DNA from: Candidatus Pacearchaeota archaeon
Lineage (GTDB): Archaea > Nanobdellota > Nanobdellia > Pacearchaeales > GW2011-AR1
Direction of reading: 5' to 3'
NCBI GenBank assembly: GCA_050303855.1
Contig: JBNLCO010000010.1
Location: 124,093-188,092, forward strand
Length of the DNA stretch: 64,000 nucleotides
Of the stretch, positions 52,105 through 60,439 are shown piece by piece (the first letter of the stretch is position 1; each line of letters starts with the position of its first letter). The notes under the pieces are model-generated. The model was not told the DNA's origin. It was given only the letters and a program-made list of their open reading frames with translations, and searched no databases. The translations under genes and the position numbers were made by a program.

Positions 52105-52920
52105 ATGGTTACAAAGAACATCATATCTGACTATGAAATTGAAAAAGGTAGGAAAGTTCTTGAAAACCACCTTGTTTACCCTTTAACAAAAGAAGGAGCA
52201 TTTGAATCAGGATTGTGGTGCATAAGCAGTCAGGCAACACCTTGGGAAATGGCCTCCAACATAATCTATAAACTTAGGGAAAATTCTTATCCAGGAGACC
52301 CTCATGCAAAAAAGAAGATTTCTCGGATGGAAACTCTTAAGGATGTAGGAGAAGTTAACAAGTCTGCTAAAGAAGCGGGATGGAGGTTTGCAAAGGGAAA
52401 TAGATTCAACGATTTTATTAATTATTTCTCAAAAGAGGAAATATCTTCAAAGGACTGGCACTATGAAGTTAGAGATGCCAATAATGAATATAGAAAACAA
52501 ATTGTGAAGGATGTTGGGTGGCTAGGCTTGAAGACTTTCTCATTTTGGAACATCTGTTTGGGAGGAAAAGATTTTCTTGCATTAGATGTATGGATTCTAA
52601 AAGATCTTAAGAAATTAGGTTTAGATATAAAAGAGGAATATGTTGTAGCTCAGAGTAGGAATGTGGGAAAACAAAAAGTAAGGAAGACCCCTAGGGAAAA
52701 AGAATATTGTAAGGTAGAAAACGAAGCAAGAGAATTATTTTCTAAAGATAAAAGATTCCTACAAGAAGATGGAAAGGTCGACCTTGCTTTAGTAGATAGT
52801 GTTTTATGGTGGAGAGGTGCAAACAGAGGTACTTTGTATCAGCAGTCTCTTTTTGAAGAAGAAGTACTTTTAGAAATGCCTTATCAAAATATGCGGAGAA
52901 CAGGATTCGAACCTGCGTAG
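52105..52920 (+). CDS. HhH-GPD-superfamily DNA glycosylase candidate (Ogg2-type 8-oxoguanine glycosylase/AP-lyase-like)
   Basis: The pattern parallels archaeal Ogg as I recall it: ...GLWCISSQATPWE..., ...VGWLGLKTFSFWNICLGGKDFLALDVWILKDL... (HhH with Lys, then Asp), ...LALVDSVLWW... The last 29 nt overlap tRNA-Leu on the opposite strand. Confidence 0.45.
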   Translation: MVTKNIISDYEIEKGRKVLENHLVYPLTKEGAFESGLWCISSQATPWEMASNIIYKLRENSYPGDPHAKKKISRMETLKDVGEVNKSAKEAGWRFAKGNRFNDFINYFSKEEISSKDWHYEVRDANNEYRKQIVKDVGWLGLKTFSFWNICLGGKDFLALDVWILKDLKKLGLDIKEEYVVAQSRNVGKQKVRKTPREKEYCKVENEARELFSKDKRFLQEDGKVDLALVDSVLWWRGANRGTLYQQSLFEEEVLLEMPYQNMRRTGFEPA

Positions 52921-52975
52921 GCACTAAGCCATAAGAGCCTTAATCTTACCCATTTGACCACTCTGGCATCTCCGC
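52892..52975 (-). tRNA. type-II tRNA-Leu with an apparent anticodon AAG
   Basis: Manual fold: GCGGAGA-TG-CCA-GAGTGGTCAAA-TGG-G-TAAGA-TTAAGGC-TCTTA-(variable arm TGGCTTAGTGCCTAC)-GCAGG-TTCGAAT-CCTGT-TCTCCGC-A73. Confidence 0.75.
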
Positions 52976-53044
52976 ATAAGCACAGAAAAACAAACTTCAG
53001 ACCCTATAAAAAAGTTTGGAATGTGGTCTGTAAAGACATAAATG

Positions 53045-53053
53045 TTTTTAAAA
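53045..53053 (+). promoter_or_regulatory. TATA-like box (TTTTTAAAA) about 26 nt upstream of the ATG at 53075
   Basis: The track ATG at 53042 sits just upstream of and abutting this box, so the downstream Met is the more likely start. Confidence 0.4.
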
Positions 53054-53074
53054 TTGGGAGGGTTTGATAAAACC

Positions 53075-53230
53075 ATGACAGATGAATTAGTTCTTAAAAT
53101 GGCGGTTATTGCAGGTGCGTCAAACGCTCTTAAGTTAAAAGAGAAGAATCCTAGTTGGAATGATGATAAAATATTCCAGAAGATCAACGATCAAATTCTT
53201 GAGATTTTAAGCAAACTCGATAGAGAATAA
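53075..53230 (+). CDS. small hypothetical protein (51 aa from the ATG at 53075)
   Basis: MTDELVLKMAVIAGASNALKLKEKNPSWNDDKIFQKINDQILEILSKLDRE; helical and short. No family recognised. Confidence 0.4.
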   Translation: MTDELVLKMAVIAGASNALKLKEKNPSWNDDKIFQKINDQILEILSKLDRE

Positions 53231-53263
53231 AAAGGTTTAAATAGCCCTTATTTCTTGAAAAAT

Positions 53264-53379
53264 TAAGACGGCCATAGTAGCGATGGTTCCACCTGGTCTC
53301 TTTCCGAACCCAGAAGTTAAGCATCCTACGTTGTTACCGGTACTGTCCTGCAAGATGGGAAAGTAACAAGCTGTCCTAC
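53264..53379 (+). rRNA. rrf: 5S rRNA (ends approximate to within about 4 nt)
   Basis: GACGGCCATAGTAGCGATGGTTCCACCTGGTCTCTTTCCGAACCCAGAAGTTAAGCATCC...GGGAAAGTAACAAGCTGTCC. It has the conserved CCGAAC..GAAGTTAAGC loop region, and the terminal helix GACGGC/GCTGTC pairs. Confidence 0.88.
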
Positions 53380-54119
53380 TTTTTTTTATAGAATTTATTT
53401 AATATTTGAACATATTCTTTATTTATTCCTTCTAACCTAAAAATGACTACTTTCTTGAACCCAGATTTTTTTACAAAGTTCAGATCTTTTTCTAAATTCT
53501 CTGGAGAGAGGATTGGTTCGTTTCCAAGAATCCCTATCGCAATTGTCCCGAGAGATATAGAATGGTTCTCTTTATTTCTCAGCCCCATTAAATTAGATTT
53601 AACCCTTTTATTAAAAGCTCTTGGAAACATACTTGAATACCACATTATGCTCCGCTCATAATTGAGATTATAATTTAACCCAATTAACTTCATAAATTTT
53701 GAAACAAATGCGAAGGGATATTCTGCGGTAGTTACTCTTTCCTTGTTGTTCTTCAAGAATTCTAGGATAAGCTTTTTGTTTTTCTTAAAGTGAAAAATAT
53801 TTCTAAAGTACATCTTCCATTTATTTCTTAGAGGCAGCTCCAGATCAATAAGAAGATGATTTTTTATGGAATTTAATTCATGGAATAATTCCTTAAGATC
53901 TTCTGTGTTGGAAAATGGAGAAATCCAATAAGAATTTTTTACAATAGGCCAATATGCTACTTCAAGATCTTTTTTGTAAGACTTAGCTATCTTTTCGTAT
54001 TTTTGGAATTCATTAATTGATTTAGAAGCAATAAATATTTTTGTTGGATATTTTATTAATTTTAGTTTAGAAAGATTTTCTTCATTTGGAAATTCTTCAT
54101 AAAATTCTATCTCCATCAA
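53376..54119 (-). CDS. hypothetical protein (247 aa), no family recognised
   Basis: Clean ORF, MMEIEFYEEFPNEENLSKLKLIKYPTKIFIASKS... Its stop codon overlaps the 5S 3' end on the opposite strand. Confidence 0.55.
   Translation of the reverse strand: MMEIEFYEEFPNEENLSKLKLIKYPTKIFIASKSINEFQKYEKIAKSYKKDLEVAYWPIVKNSYWISPFSNTEDLKELFHELNSIKNHLLIDLELPLRNKWKMYFRNIFHFKKNKKLILEFLKNNKERVTTAEYPFAFVSKFMKLIGLNYNLNYERSIMWYSSMFPRAFNKRVKSNLMGLRNKENHSISLGTIAIGILGNEPILSPENLEKDLNFVKKSGFKKVVIFRLEGINKEYVQILNKFYKKK
53380..53387 (+). terminator. oligo-T tract (T8) immediately after the 5S rRNA
   Basis: Archaeal RNAP terminates on T-runs, and the tract follows the 5S 3' helix directly. Confidence 0.6.
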
Positions 54120-54146
54120 TTAATATAAATAAAGAAGCTCTTAAAA

Positions 54147-54347
54147 TTAACTCTTCTTGAACTTAGAAATAATTTCAATTGTATCTGTTTGACCTAAGAA
54201 GATTGATCTGCAACACATTCTTTCAAGACCTAATTCATCTAGAACTTTTTTTGGGTTCTCACTATTTTCTTGTGTTCTCTTTTTGAACTCTTCCCACAAG
54301 TGACCAAGAGGCTTTCCACAACTCATACATCTTACTGGAACTATCAT
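54147..54347 (-). CDS. rpoN: DNA-directed RNA polymerase subunit N (Rpo10)
   Basis: MIVPVRCMSCGKPLGHLWEEF...LGLERMCCRSIFLGQTD... Confidence 0.92.
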   Translation of the reverse strand: MIVPVRCMSCGKPLGHLWEEFKKRTQENSENPKKVLDELGLERMCCRSIFLGQTDTIEIISKFKKS

Positions 54348-54465
54348 GATATTAAAGACAATTGGCTATTTTTAAAGCTTTTGATGTAAGAAATATTCTG
54401 ATTTATACAAATCTTTAAAAAGAAATTTTCTCTAAGAATTTGATTAATCAAAAAAAGGTGTGCTA

Positions 54466-54663
54466 ATGTCAAAAAAGTGTATTTATTGTAAATCTGAGAT
54501 ACCTGATGAATCCGTAATAGATTTCTGCAATAGGTGTGGAGTTAGTGTCTGGGGAGAAAAGATGTTTGAAGCGATAGTTAAGAATATGGAAGATGCGAGA
54601 GATAACGACGATCTCTGCAGAACAAATATGAACCCGGATCAGATTGGAGAAACTCCAAGATAA
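54466..54663 (+). CDS. small zinc-ribbon protein (65 aa from the ATG at 54466)
   Basis: MSKKCIYCKSEIPDESVIDFCNRCGVSVWGEKMFE... has a CxxC...CxxC pattern. GGTG lies upstream of the ATG. Confidence 0.55.
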   Translation: MSKKCIYCKSEIPDESVIDFCNRCGVSVWGEKMFEAIVKNMEDARDNDDLCRTNMNPDQIGETPR

Positions 54664-54676
54664 AACAAAAGGATAG

Positions 54677-54686
54677 TTTTTTAAAG
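54677..54686 (+). promoter_or_regulatory. TATA-like box (TTTTTTAAAG) about 26 nt upstream of the eL21 ATG
   Basis: Same geometry as the other promoters in the window. Confidence 0.5.
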
Positions 54687-54706
54687 AGAATATTTCTGGA
54701 TATTTT

Positions 54707-54961
54707 ATGGCAAACAAGAAACCAATAAGGACAAGAGGAAAAATAAGCCTTAGTAGATACTTTAGAAGATATAATGATGGAGATAGAGTATCTATTGTTG
54801 AAGAAAGATCTGTTCCAAAGAATTTTCCTGGGAGATTACAAGGTAGGACAGGGATAGTGGAAGGAAAACAAGGAAGGTCTTATAGGGTGAAATTGAAGGA
54901 TCAGAACAAGGAAAAAGTATATCTTGTGCAATCAGCACATTTAAAAAAAATAAAAAACTAA
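54707..54961 (+). CDS. rpl21e: 50S ribosomal protein eL21
   Basis: MANKKPIRTRGKISLSRYFRRYNDGDRVSIVEERSVPKNFPGRLQGRTGIVEGKQGRSYRV... Confidence 0.9.
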   Translation: MANKKPIRTRGKISLSRYFRRYNDGDRVSIVEERSVPKNFPGRLQGRTGIVEGKQGRSYRVKLKDQNKEKVYLVQSAHLKKIKN

Positions 54962-54968
54962 TTATAAA

Positions 54969-55274
54969 ATGATAAAAAGCTCACAACAACTAAGTACGCC
55001 AGAAGCAATGGAATATGTAGATGGTAAAAGCGAACAAGGTGCAAAAGTACTAGCTTTTGCTAAGAAGTTTGGAGCAATAAACCCAAAGAAAGCTAATGAA
55101 ATGAGAGAGAAACTATTGGAAGTTAACTCTATAAAAATAAATGAGGGGCATATAGCTAAGATAATTGAGTTTATGCCTGAGAATTCTGAAGAAGTGAATA
55201 AGATATTCACTGAATTAAGTTTGGAAGAAGATGAAAAGAATAAAATACTTGACATCGTCAACCAGTTCAAATAA
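54969..55274 (+). CDS. rpoF: DNA-directed RNA polymerase subunit F (Rpo4/Rpb4-like)
   Basis: 101 aa helical protein in the conserved eL21-RpoF-DUF655 position; ...EVNSIKINEGHIAKIIEFMPENSEEVNKIF... Confidence 0.7.
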   Translation: MIKSSQQLSTPEAMEYVDGKSEQGAKVLAFAKKFGAINPKKANEMREKLLEVNSIKINEGHIAKIIEFMPENSEEVNKIFTELSLEEDEKNKILDIVNQFK

Positions 55275-55311
55275 AGGGACCAAAATCTTATATCAAGAGC
55301 GAGGAAATTAA

Positions 55312-55851
55312 ATGGCAAAAGAAGAAAAAGCAATAATTTTAGAATATTTACCTAACGGATATCCCCTATCAAAGAAGATGTTGCCAGTTGCACAGGCAAT
55401 AGGGGAGAATAACTTGACACTTTTAGAGCTTGTTCCAAGAAAAGGCGTTGGCTTAGAACTGGGAGAGGAAGTTTACATTGGAGAAGGTAAAAGAGATAAA
55501 ATATACTATATTTTGGGCAGATTACATAGAGAAAAGCTTACAGAAACTGCTAAGAATCAATTAGAAGAATTTATAAAGGGTGTTGTCAAGAAAAGAGAGA
55601 AGGAATTTGTAGAATTCTTCAATAAGGCAGATGCCATAAACAAAAGAATTCATCAGATTGAACTTCTTCCTGGTATGGGAAAAAAACATATGCAGGAGAT
55701 ATTAAAGCAAAGAAAGGAAAAGGATTTTGAGTCCTTTGACGACATGAAGGCGAGAGTACCTAACCTCCCTGACCCTGAAAAAGCCGTCGAAAAGAGAATT
55801 TTTCAGGAGTTAACGAATTTGGAAAGGTACAACTTGTTTACAGGAAACTAA
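55312..55851 (+). CDS. DUF655-family protein (putative nucleotide-binding, HhH-containing)
   Basis: MAKEEKAIILEYLPNGYP...LLELVPRKGV...IHQIELLPGMGKKHMQEILKQR... Confidence 0.8.
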   Translation: MAKEEKAIILEYLPNGYPLSKKMLPVAQAIGENNLTLLELVPRKGVGLELGEEVYIGEGKRDKIYYILGRLHREKLTETAKNQLEEFIKGVVKKREKEFVEFFNKADAINKRIHQIELLPGMGKKHMQEILKQRKEKDFESFDDMKARVPNLPDPEKAVEKRIFQELTNLERYNLFTGN

Positions 55852-55852
55852 G

Positions 55853-56320
55853 ATGGAAAAACCAATACAACAGAAAGACTCCGAAAGAATAGTAAGAATT
55901 TTATCTAAAGATATAGAAGGAAATACAACAGTTTATTCTGGATTAACTCAAATAAAGGGTGTTTCATGGAGTTTTTCAAATGCAGTTTGTAGAATTCTTG
56001 GAATCGACAAAAAAAAGAAAATTGGATCACTTACTTCTGAAGAAGTGAAAAAAATTGAAGATTTTATAAAAAATCCGCAATTACCTGAATATTTGTTGAA
56101 TAGAAGAAAGGATCTCGAAACAGGAAATGATAAGCATTTGCAAGGAACAGATTTGGAATTAAGAAAAGACTTTGATGTTAAGAGATTAAAACAAATAAGA
56201 AGCTACAGAGGTTTAAGACACACTCTTGGGTTACCTATGAGAGGTCAAAGAACAAAAGCTAATTTCAGAAGAAATAGGAAGAAAGGTTCAGGAATTAAAA
56301 AAAAGAACGTAAAGAAGTAA
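55853..56320 (+). CDS. rps13: 30S ribosomal protein uS13
   Basis: Contains ...IVRILSKDIEGNTTVYSGLTQIKGVSWSFSNAVC...RSYRGLRHTLGLPMRGQRTK... Confidence 0.93.
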   Translation: MEKPIQQKDSERIVRILSKDIEGNTTVYSGLTQIKGVSWSFSNAVCRILGIDKKKKIGSLTSEEVKKIEDFIKNPQLPEYLLNRRKDLETGNDKHLQGTDLELRKDFDVKRLKQIRSYRGLRHTLGLPMRGQRTKANFRRNRKKGSGIKKKNVKK

Positions 56321-56321
56321 A

Positions 56322-56831
56322 ATGAAAAGAAAACATAAGATATATTCGAGACCAAAGAGACCTTTTGATAAGAAAAGGATAGAAGAAGAAGGAAAAATCA
56401 AAGAAGAGTTTGGTTTAAAGAATAAGAGAGAAATCTGGAGAGCAGAAGCAAAAATAAAGGTTATAAGAGAAAGGGCTAAGAAACTTGTTTCAGCAAAAGA
56501 TGAAGAGAAGAAAGCGTTCTTTGATAAATTGAATAAACAAGGTTTCAAAGTAACTTCTATTGCAGAGGTTCTTTCATTAACAAAAGAAGATTATCTTAAT
56601 AGAAGATTGCAAACAATTGTTTTTAAGAAAGAGTTAGCAAAGACTCCAAAAGAAGCAAGACAGTTAATAACTCATAAGAAAGTTATTATTGGGGATAGCA
56701 TAGTTAATATTCCCTCTTATTTGGTTTCTATTGAAGAAGAAGGTAAACTGAAAGTTAAAGAAAAGAAGGTTAAGGCTAAGCCGGTAGAAGCTTCAAAAGA
56801 AGAACCAGAGGAGGAAGATAAATCAGAATAA
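56322..56831 (+). CDS. rps4: 30S ribosomal protein uS4 with an acidic C-terminal tail
   Basis: MKRKHKIYSRPKRPFDKKRIEEE...; S4 domain ...RLQTIVFKKELAKTPKEARQLITHKKVIIG... Confidence 0.93.
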   Translation: MKRKHKIYSRPKRPFDKKRIEEEGKIKEEFGLKNKREIWRAEAKIKVIRERAKKLVSAKDEEKKAFFDKLNKQGFKVTSIAEVLSLTKEDYLNRRLQTIVFKKELAKTPKEARQLITHKKVIIGDSIVNIPSYLVSIEEEGKLKVKEKKVKAKPVEASKEEPEEEDKSE

Positions 56832-56832
56832 A

Positions 56833-57315
56833 ATGGCAAAAGAAATAGAAGAAAAAAAAGAAGAAATTGTTGAAGATAATAAGGAAGAGGCTTCGAAAGA
56901 AGAAGTTAAAGAAAAGACTGAAGTTAAGAAAAAAAAGGAGAAGGAAATAGAAGCTGTTGTTAACATTTATACTTCATTCAATAACACAATAGTTCATGTT
57001 ACAGATATGTCTGGGAGGACTCTTGCAAAAGTTTCTGGAGGAATGGTCACAAAGCATTCTAGACTTAAGGCAAACCCTACAATTGCGATGTTTATAGCTA
57101 AAAGAATTGCAGAAAATATGAAAGAAAAAGGAGTCAAATCTCTTTATATTAAAATAAGAGCTAAGACTGGAAATCCAACTCCGGGTCCTGGAGCTAATGC
57201 TATCGTTAAGAGTCTTACAAAGGAAGGTTTTAGAATATTAAATATCTTAGATGTTACACGTGTTCCAAGAGGAGGTCCAAAGAAGAAAGGTGGAAGACGT
57301 GGTAGAAGGCCGTAG
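56833..57315 (+). CDS. rps11: 30S ribosomal protein uS11 with a K/E-rich N-terminal extension of about 40 aa
   Basis: Core ...VNIYTSFNNTIVHVTDMSGRTLAKVSGG..., preceded by MAKEIEEKKEEIVEDNKEEASKEEVKEKTEVKKKKEKE. Confidence 0.93.
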   Translation: MAKEIEEKKEEIVEDNKEEASKEEVKEKTEVKKKKEKEIEAVVNIYTSFNNTIVHVTDMSGRTLAKVSGGMVTKHSRLKANPTIAMFIAKRIAENMKEKGVKSLYIKIRAKTGNPTPGPGANAIVKSLTKEGFRILNILDVTRVPRGGPKKKGGRRGRRP

Positions 57316-57324
57316 ACCCCTTAA

Positions 57325-57334
57325 ATTTAAAAAA
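57325..57334 (+). promoter_or_regulatory. TATA-like box (ATTTAAAAAA) about 25 nt upstream of the rpoD ATG
   Basis: Same geometry as the other promoters in the window. Confidence 0.45.
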
Positions 57335-57354
57335 CCCCAAAATAACCTAATAAT

Positions 57355-58059
57355 ATGGAAAAAATAAACGAAACAAAGGATAAGCTTGTATTTAAGGCAG
57401 AAGTTGATGAGAGCTTAGCTAACGCCGTTAGAAGGTATGTTCACCAGATACCTGTGGTTGCTGTCGATAGTGTAGAAATCTCAAGAAACGATTCTCCTTT
57501 GTATGATGAAACCGTTGCTCATAGAATTGGATTAATCCCTTTGAAACAAAATAAAAAAGAAGGAACAATGAAATTAAAGGTGAGTAAAGAAGGATTTGCT
57601 TATTCCGGAGAATTTGAAGGAGACATTAGTGTAGTTTATGATGGAATACCAATAACTTTGTTGAATAAAGGACAAGAAATTGATTTAACTGCTACTGCAA
57701 AGACTGGAAAGGGTGCAGACCATTCTAAATTCTCTCCTGGATTATTTTATTACAGAAAAGTGTTAGAGCTATCTATGGAGAAAGATGTTGCAGACAGATT
57801 AAAAAGAATGTATCCAGAAATAGAAATTAAGACAAAAGGTAATAAAGCGGTAGTTATTGATGATCAAGAAAGAGAAGTTTATGATTTTTGTGAGGGAGTT
57901 AGTGAAAAGGAAGGAAAGGAAGTTGAAGTTAAACCAATGAAAGAGTTGGTTGTTACAATTGAATCATTTGGCCAGATCCCTGCTAAAGATATTTTTACTA
58001 AATCATTAGATGTTTTGAAAAAAGATTTAGAAGATTTTGCAAAAAAAATAGCAAAATAA
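57355..58059 (+). CDS. rpoD: DNA-directed RNA polymerase subunit D (Rpo3)
   Basis: Contains ...LANAVRRYVHQIPVVAVDSVEISRNDSPLYDETVAHRIGLIPLK... Confidence 0.9.
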   Translation: MEKINETKDKLVFKAEVDESLANAVRRYVHQIPVVAVDSVEISRNDSPLYDETVAHRIGLIPLKQNKKEGTMKLKVSKEGFAYSGEFEGDISVVYDGIPITLLNKGQEIDLTATAKTGKGADHSKFSPGLFYYRKVLELSMEKDVADRLKRMYPEIEIKTKGNKAVVIDDQEREVYDFCEGVSEKEGKEVEVKPMKELVVTIESFGQIPAKDIFTKSLDVLKKDLEDFAKKIAK

Positions 58060-58064
58060 TTTTT
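58060..58064 (+). terminator. oligo-T tract (T5) directly after the rpoD stop
   Basis: TAA followed by TTTTT; end of the plus-strand cluster. Confidence 0.35.
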
Positions 58065-58223
58065 CTAAAAAATAAAATATAATTTTGGATTTTTGTGACA
58101 AGAAATTTGTCTTTGGAAGTAATAATTTAATGAAATAGGGTATTTCGGGTAGGCTTATTTTTGGAAATTTTGCAAAAAAAATATCCCAAAACCAAATTAA
58201 TGATTCGGGGATATTTTGTGAAT

Positions 58224-58508
58224 TTAATGTAACGAATGATAAAGCTTCTGCGGGGGCAAAAGAATTTTAAAGAAATCACCGGAATTAAGGAAGTATAAAT
58301 AGAATTCAAATGAATCCCCTCCTTTATTTAAATAGAGGACCCAGCAATAATTTTCTTCCCAAATTAGCTTCGCTTTATTTCTTAATTCTCCCCAGCTAGG
58401 ACTAGTTTTTGTAAGCGACCAGTCATTTGTTTGAATTACTCCGAATATCGAATTAGGAGAATTTTCTTTATTGAAAGCTTCTTTTACAATTTCTAAATCA
58501 TTTTTCAT
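58224..58508 (-). CDS. hypothetical protein (94 aa)
   Basis: The ORF follows the upstream lipoprotein gene by 17 nt. No family recognised. The C-terminal third is low-complexity and may be read-through. Confidence 0.4.
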   Translation of the reverse strand: MKNDLEIVKEAFNKENSPNSIFGVIQTNDWSLTKTSPSWGELRNKAKLIWEENYCWVLYLNKGGDSFEFYLYFLNSGDFFKILLPPQKLYHSLH

Positions 58509-58525
58509 ACCATTTTATTTTAAGG

Positions 58526-59092
58526 TTAAGCAAAATAATTAATTGAGATGAAATTAAGAGGGTGGAATTCGCCTTGTTCTTTTTCAGATTTTATTTTCTC
58601 ATGAGACCTCCAAACCTTTCCATCTTGTCCAATCAATATGGCCTTATCGCCAGCGTAAACAATGTACTTGGGTCTTGGATCTACCTGATAAACATAATCC
58701 TCTTCGGCACTGTAATTATCACAGAAATCTTCATAATCTTCTATCTTTAATGACCGCCCGCTCTTAAATATAACTCTAACAGAGAGAGGGTTTTCTTTTA
58801 GGATAGGTTTCAGATCATCATATTTCCAAAATTCTTTGAATGGGACAAAACGAACAACTTTGACTAAAGAATCTTCTCCTTTAATCGAATATCCTTCCGT
58901 GTTTATTAGTTTGGATTCCTTTTTCTTCAGGAATCCTTTTTCTTCAACAAATTTTGCGGCGTCAGTCACAAAATCTTCAAGCGTTGCCTCTTTTGGAGGT
59001 TTTACTATTTTCTCCTGAGTTTTAGGAGATTTTTTATTGCAACCAGAAATAAAAAGTGCAATAATTACTAAAATAACGATACGTGTTTTCAT
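58526..59092 (-). CDS. putative lipoprotein (188 aa)
   Basis: N-terminus MKTRIVILVIIALFISGCNKK has a signal peptide plus a lipobox-like L-F-I-S-G-C. Confidence 0.6.
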   Translation of the reverse strand: MKTRIVILVIIALFISGCNKKSPKTQEKIVKPPKEATLEDFVTDAAKFVEEKGFLKKKESKLINTEGYSIKGEDSLVKVVRFVPFKEFWKYDDLKPILKENPLSVRVIFKSGRSLKIEDYEDFCDNYSAEEDYVYQVDPRPKYIVYAGDKAILIGQDGKVWRSHEKIKSEKEQGEFHPLNFISINYFA

Positions 59093-59118
59093 AATTATAA
59101 ATTTAATTTGGATAATTT

Positions 59119-59460
59119 TTAAAACAAAAGACTAAAATAATTATCAATTTCATTATCAGATACGGCCTCTTCAAAATTCTCTATATTTTTTACAGCAAGT
59201 TTTAATTTATTAAAACAATCTTCTGTAATGATCAAAAAAGGCGATTCTTTATAAGGGACCTTAATAGTGATGATGTAATCTTGATTTCTTAGAAGAGGAA
59301 TAATCTTCTTATAATGCTTATAGAATTCATCGGAATCTGACATGAAACCAAGCGCAATGAGCTCTTGAATTGCTTCTATAGTTAAACGTGTTATCCCGGG
59401 CTCTTTTAAAGTCTTTATAACATCTTTATTGTTCATCTTTTTATCAATTATATTAAACAA
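59119..59460 (-). CDS. hypothetical protein (113 aa), cytoplasmic-looking
   Basis: Clean ORF; no signal peptide; no family recognised. Confidence 0.5.
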   Translation of the reverse strand: MFNIIDKKMNNKDVIKTLKEPGITRLTIEAIQELIALGFMSDSDEFYKHYKKIIPLLRNQDYIITIKVPYKESPFLIITEDCFNKLKLAVKNIENFEEAVSDNEIDNYFSLLF

Positions 59461-59533
59461 AAAGAAAAGGCATAAGCTATTGCTCTTTGCCTTTTCTAAG
59501 TTAGAGATTGGTATAGAAGAAATTAATAGGAGA

Positions 59534-60397
59534 TTAATTTGTATTAGTTTGGGTTGTTGATGGATTGCTTAATACTTCAAACCTTTCTTTAATCATTGTT
59601 ATGGAAAGCTTCTTGTGGGTATTGGAGGCGTATCCCATATTAACAACAACCAAATATTGTCCTGGTTCAAGTTCCAGCCCGATATTTTTGCCTTGTACAA
59701 ACTTTTCAAAACGATTATTGTAACCGTTACCTCTTATCTGAAAAGTTTCAACTTTCAAGACCTTTCCAGTTGAAGCGTCATATATTTTTGCATTAATACA
59801 AGGTATATCTTTTGATAACATTTTAATATAAAATGCAAAGTTTATTTCTTCTCCTTGAACGAATGATCTTTTCTTGCCTTGGAATTCATCTATTTGAGCA
59901 AGACCATCTCTGTTAAAATCAGAATACCAATTGTACATGAAAATATTGCCCAAAGTGGCATAATCCTTTACTCCAAAAGTATTTGAGGGTATGTATGCAA
60001 AGTTTACTAACTCATTTTGAGTATACTCTGGAAGAGTATGGGAGACAGAAACGGGGGTGTGTATAACGTTAAAGTCGCCTGGATCTTCGTTTGCCCAGGT
60101 GTATCCTTCATCAGGGTACACTCTCCTAGTGCCATCAACTTCTAAAACATGAGTATTTGGATAGTTATGCGTTACATTTATGTTTTGGGTGGAAGTATTT
60201 GAAGCGGTAGTAATCTCCATAGTGTATTCCATTTCACCAGATGTTGTAAGAGCCTTTCCCAATACACGGGAAAATTTATTTGCACCATTTTCTACTAAAA
60301 ACTCTCCAGCAATAATTTTCGCCTGAGTTTTAACTGATTGCGCACTTGTACCTAGTACAAGTAGAACCATTACTGAAATAAAAACTAATTTTTTCAT
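59534..60397 (-). CDS. secreted hypothetical protein (287 aa)
   Basis: N-terminal signal peptide MKKLVFISVMVLLVLGTSAQS; Thr/Asn-rich mature protein; no family recognised. Confidence 0.6.
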   Translation of the reverse strand: MKKLVFISVMVLLVLGTSAQSVKTQAKIIAGEFLVENGANKFSRVLGKALTTSGEMEYTMEITTASNTSTQNINVTHNYPNTHVLEVDGTRRVYPDEGYTWANEDPGDFNVIHTPVSVSHTLPEYTQNELVNFAYIPSNTFGVKDYATLGNIFMYNWYSDFNRDGLAQIDEFQGKKRSFVQGEEINFAFYIKMLSKDIPCINAKIYDASTGKVLKVETFQIRGNGYNNRFEKFVQGKNIGLELEPGQYLVVVNMGYASNTHKKLSITMIKERFEVLSNPSTTQTNTN

Positions 60398-60439
60398 CTT
60401 ATTTAATTTTTGTTAATAAATGTTATTTTTAATAAAAAA

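Noticed and set aside
58176-58222. 9-bp inverted repeat AAATATCCC ... GGGATATTT in the rpoD-island gap, considered as a possible insertion-site repeat or ncRNA hairpin.
   Set aside because: It is a single short A/T-rich repeat with a loop of about 22 nt. There are no flanking direct repeats or mobile-element genes, so it is indistinguishable from chance in this composition.
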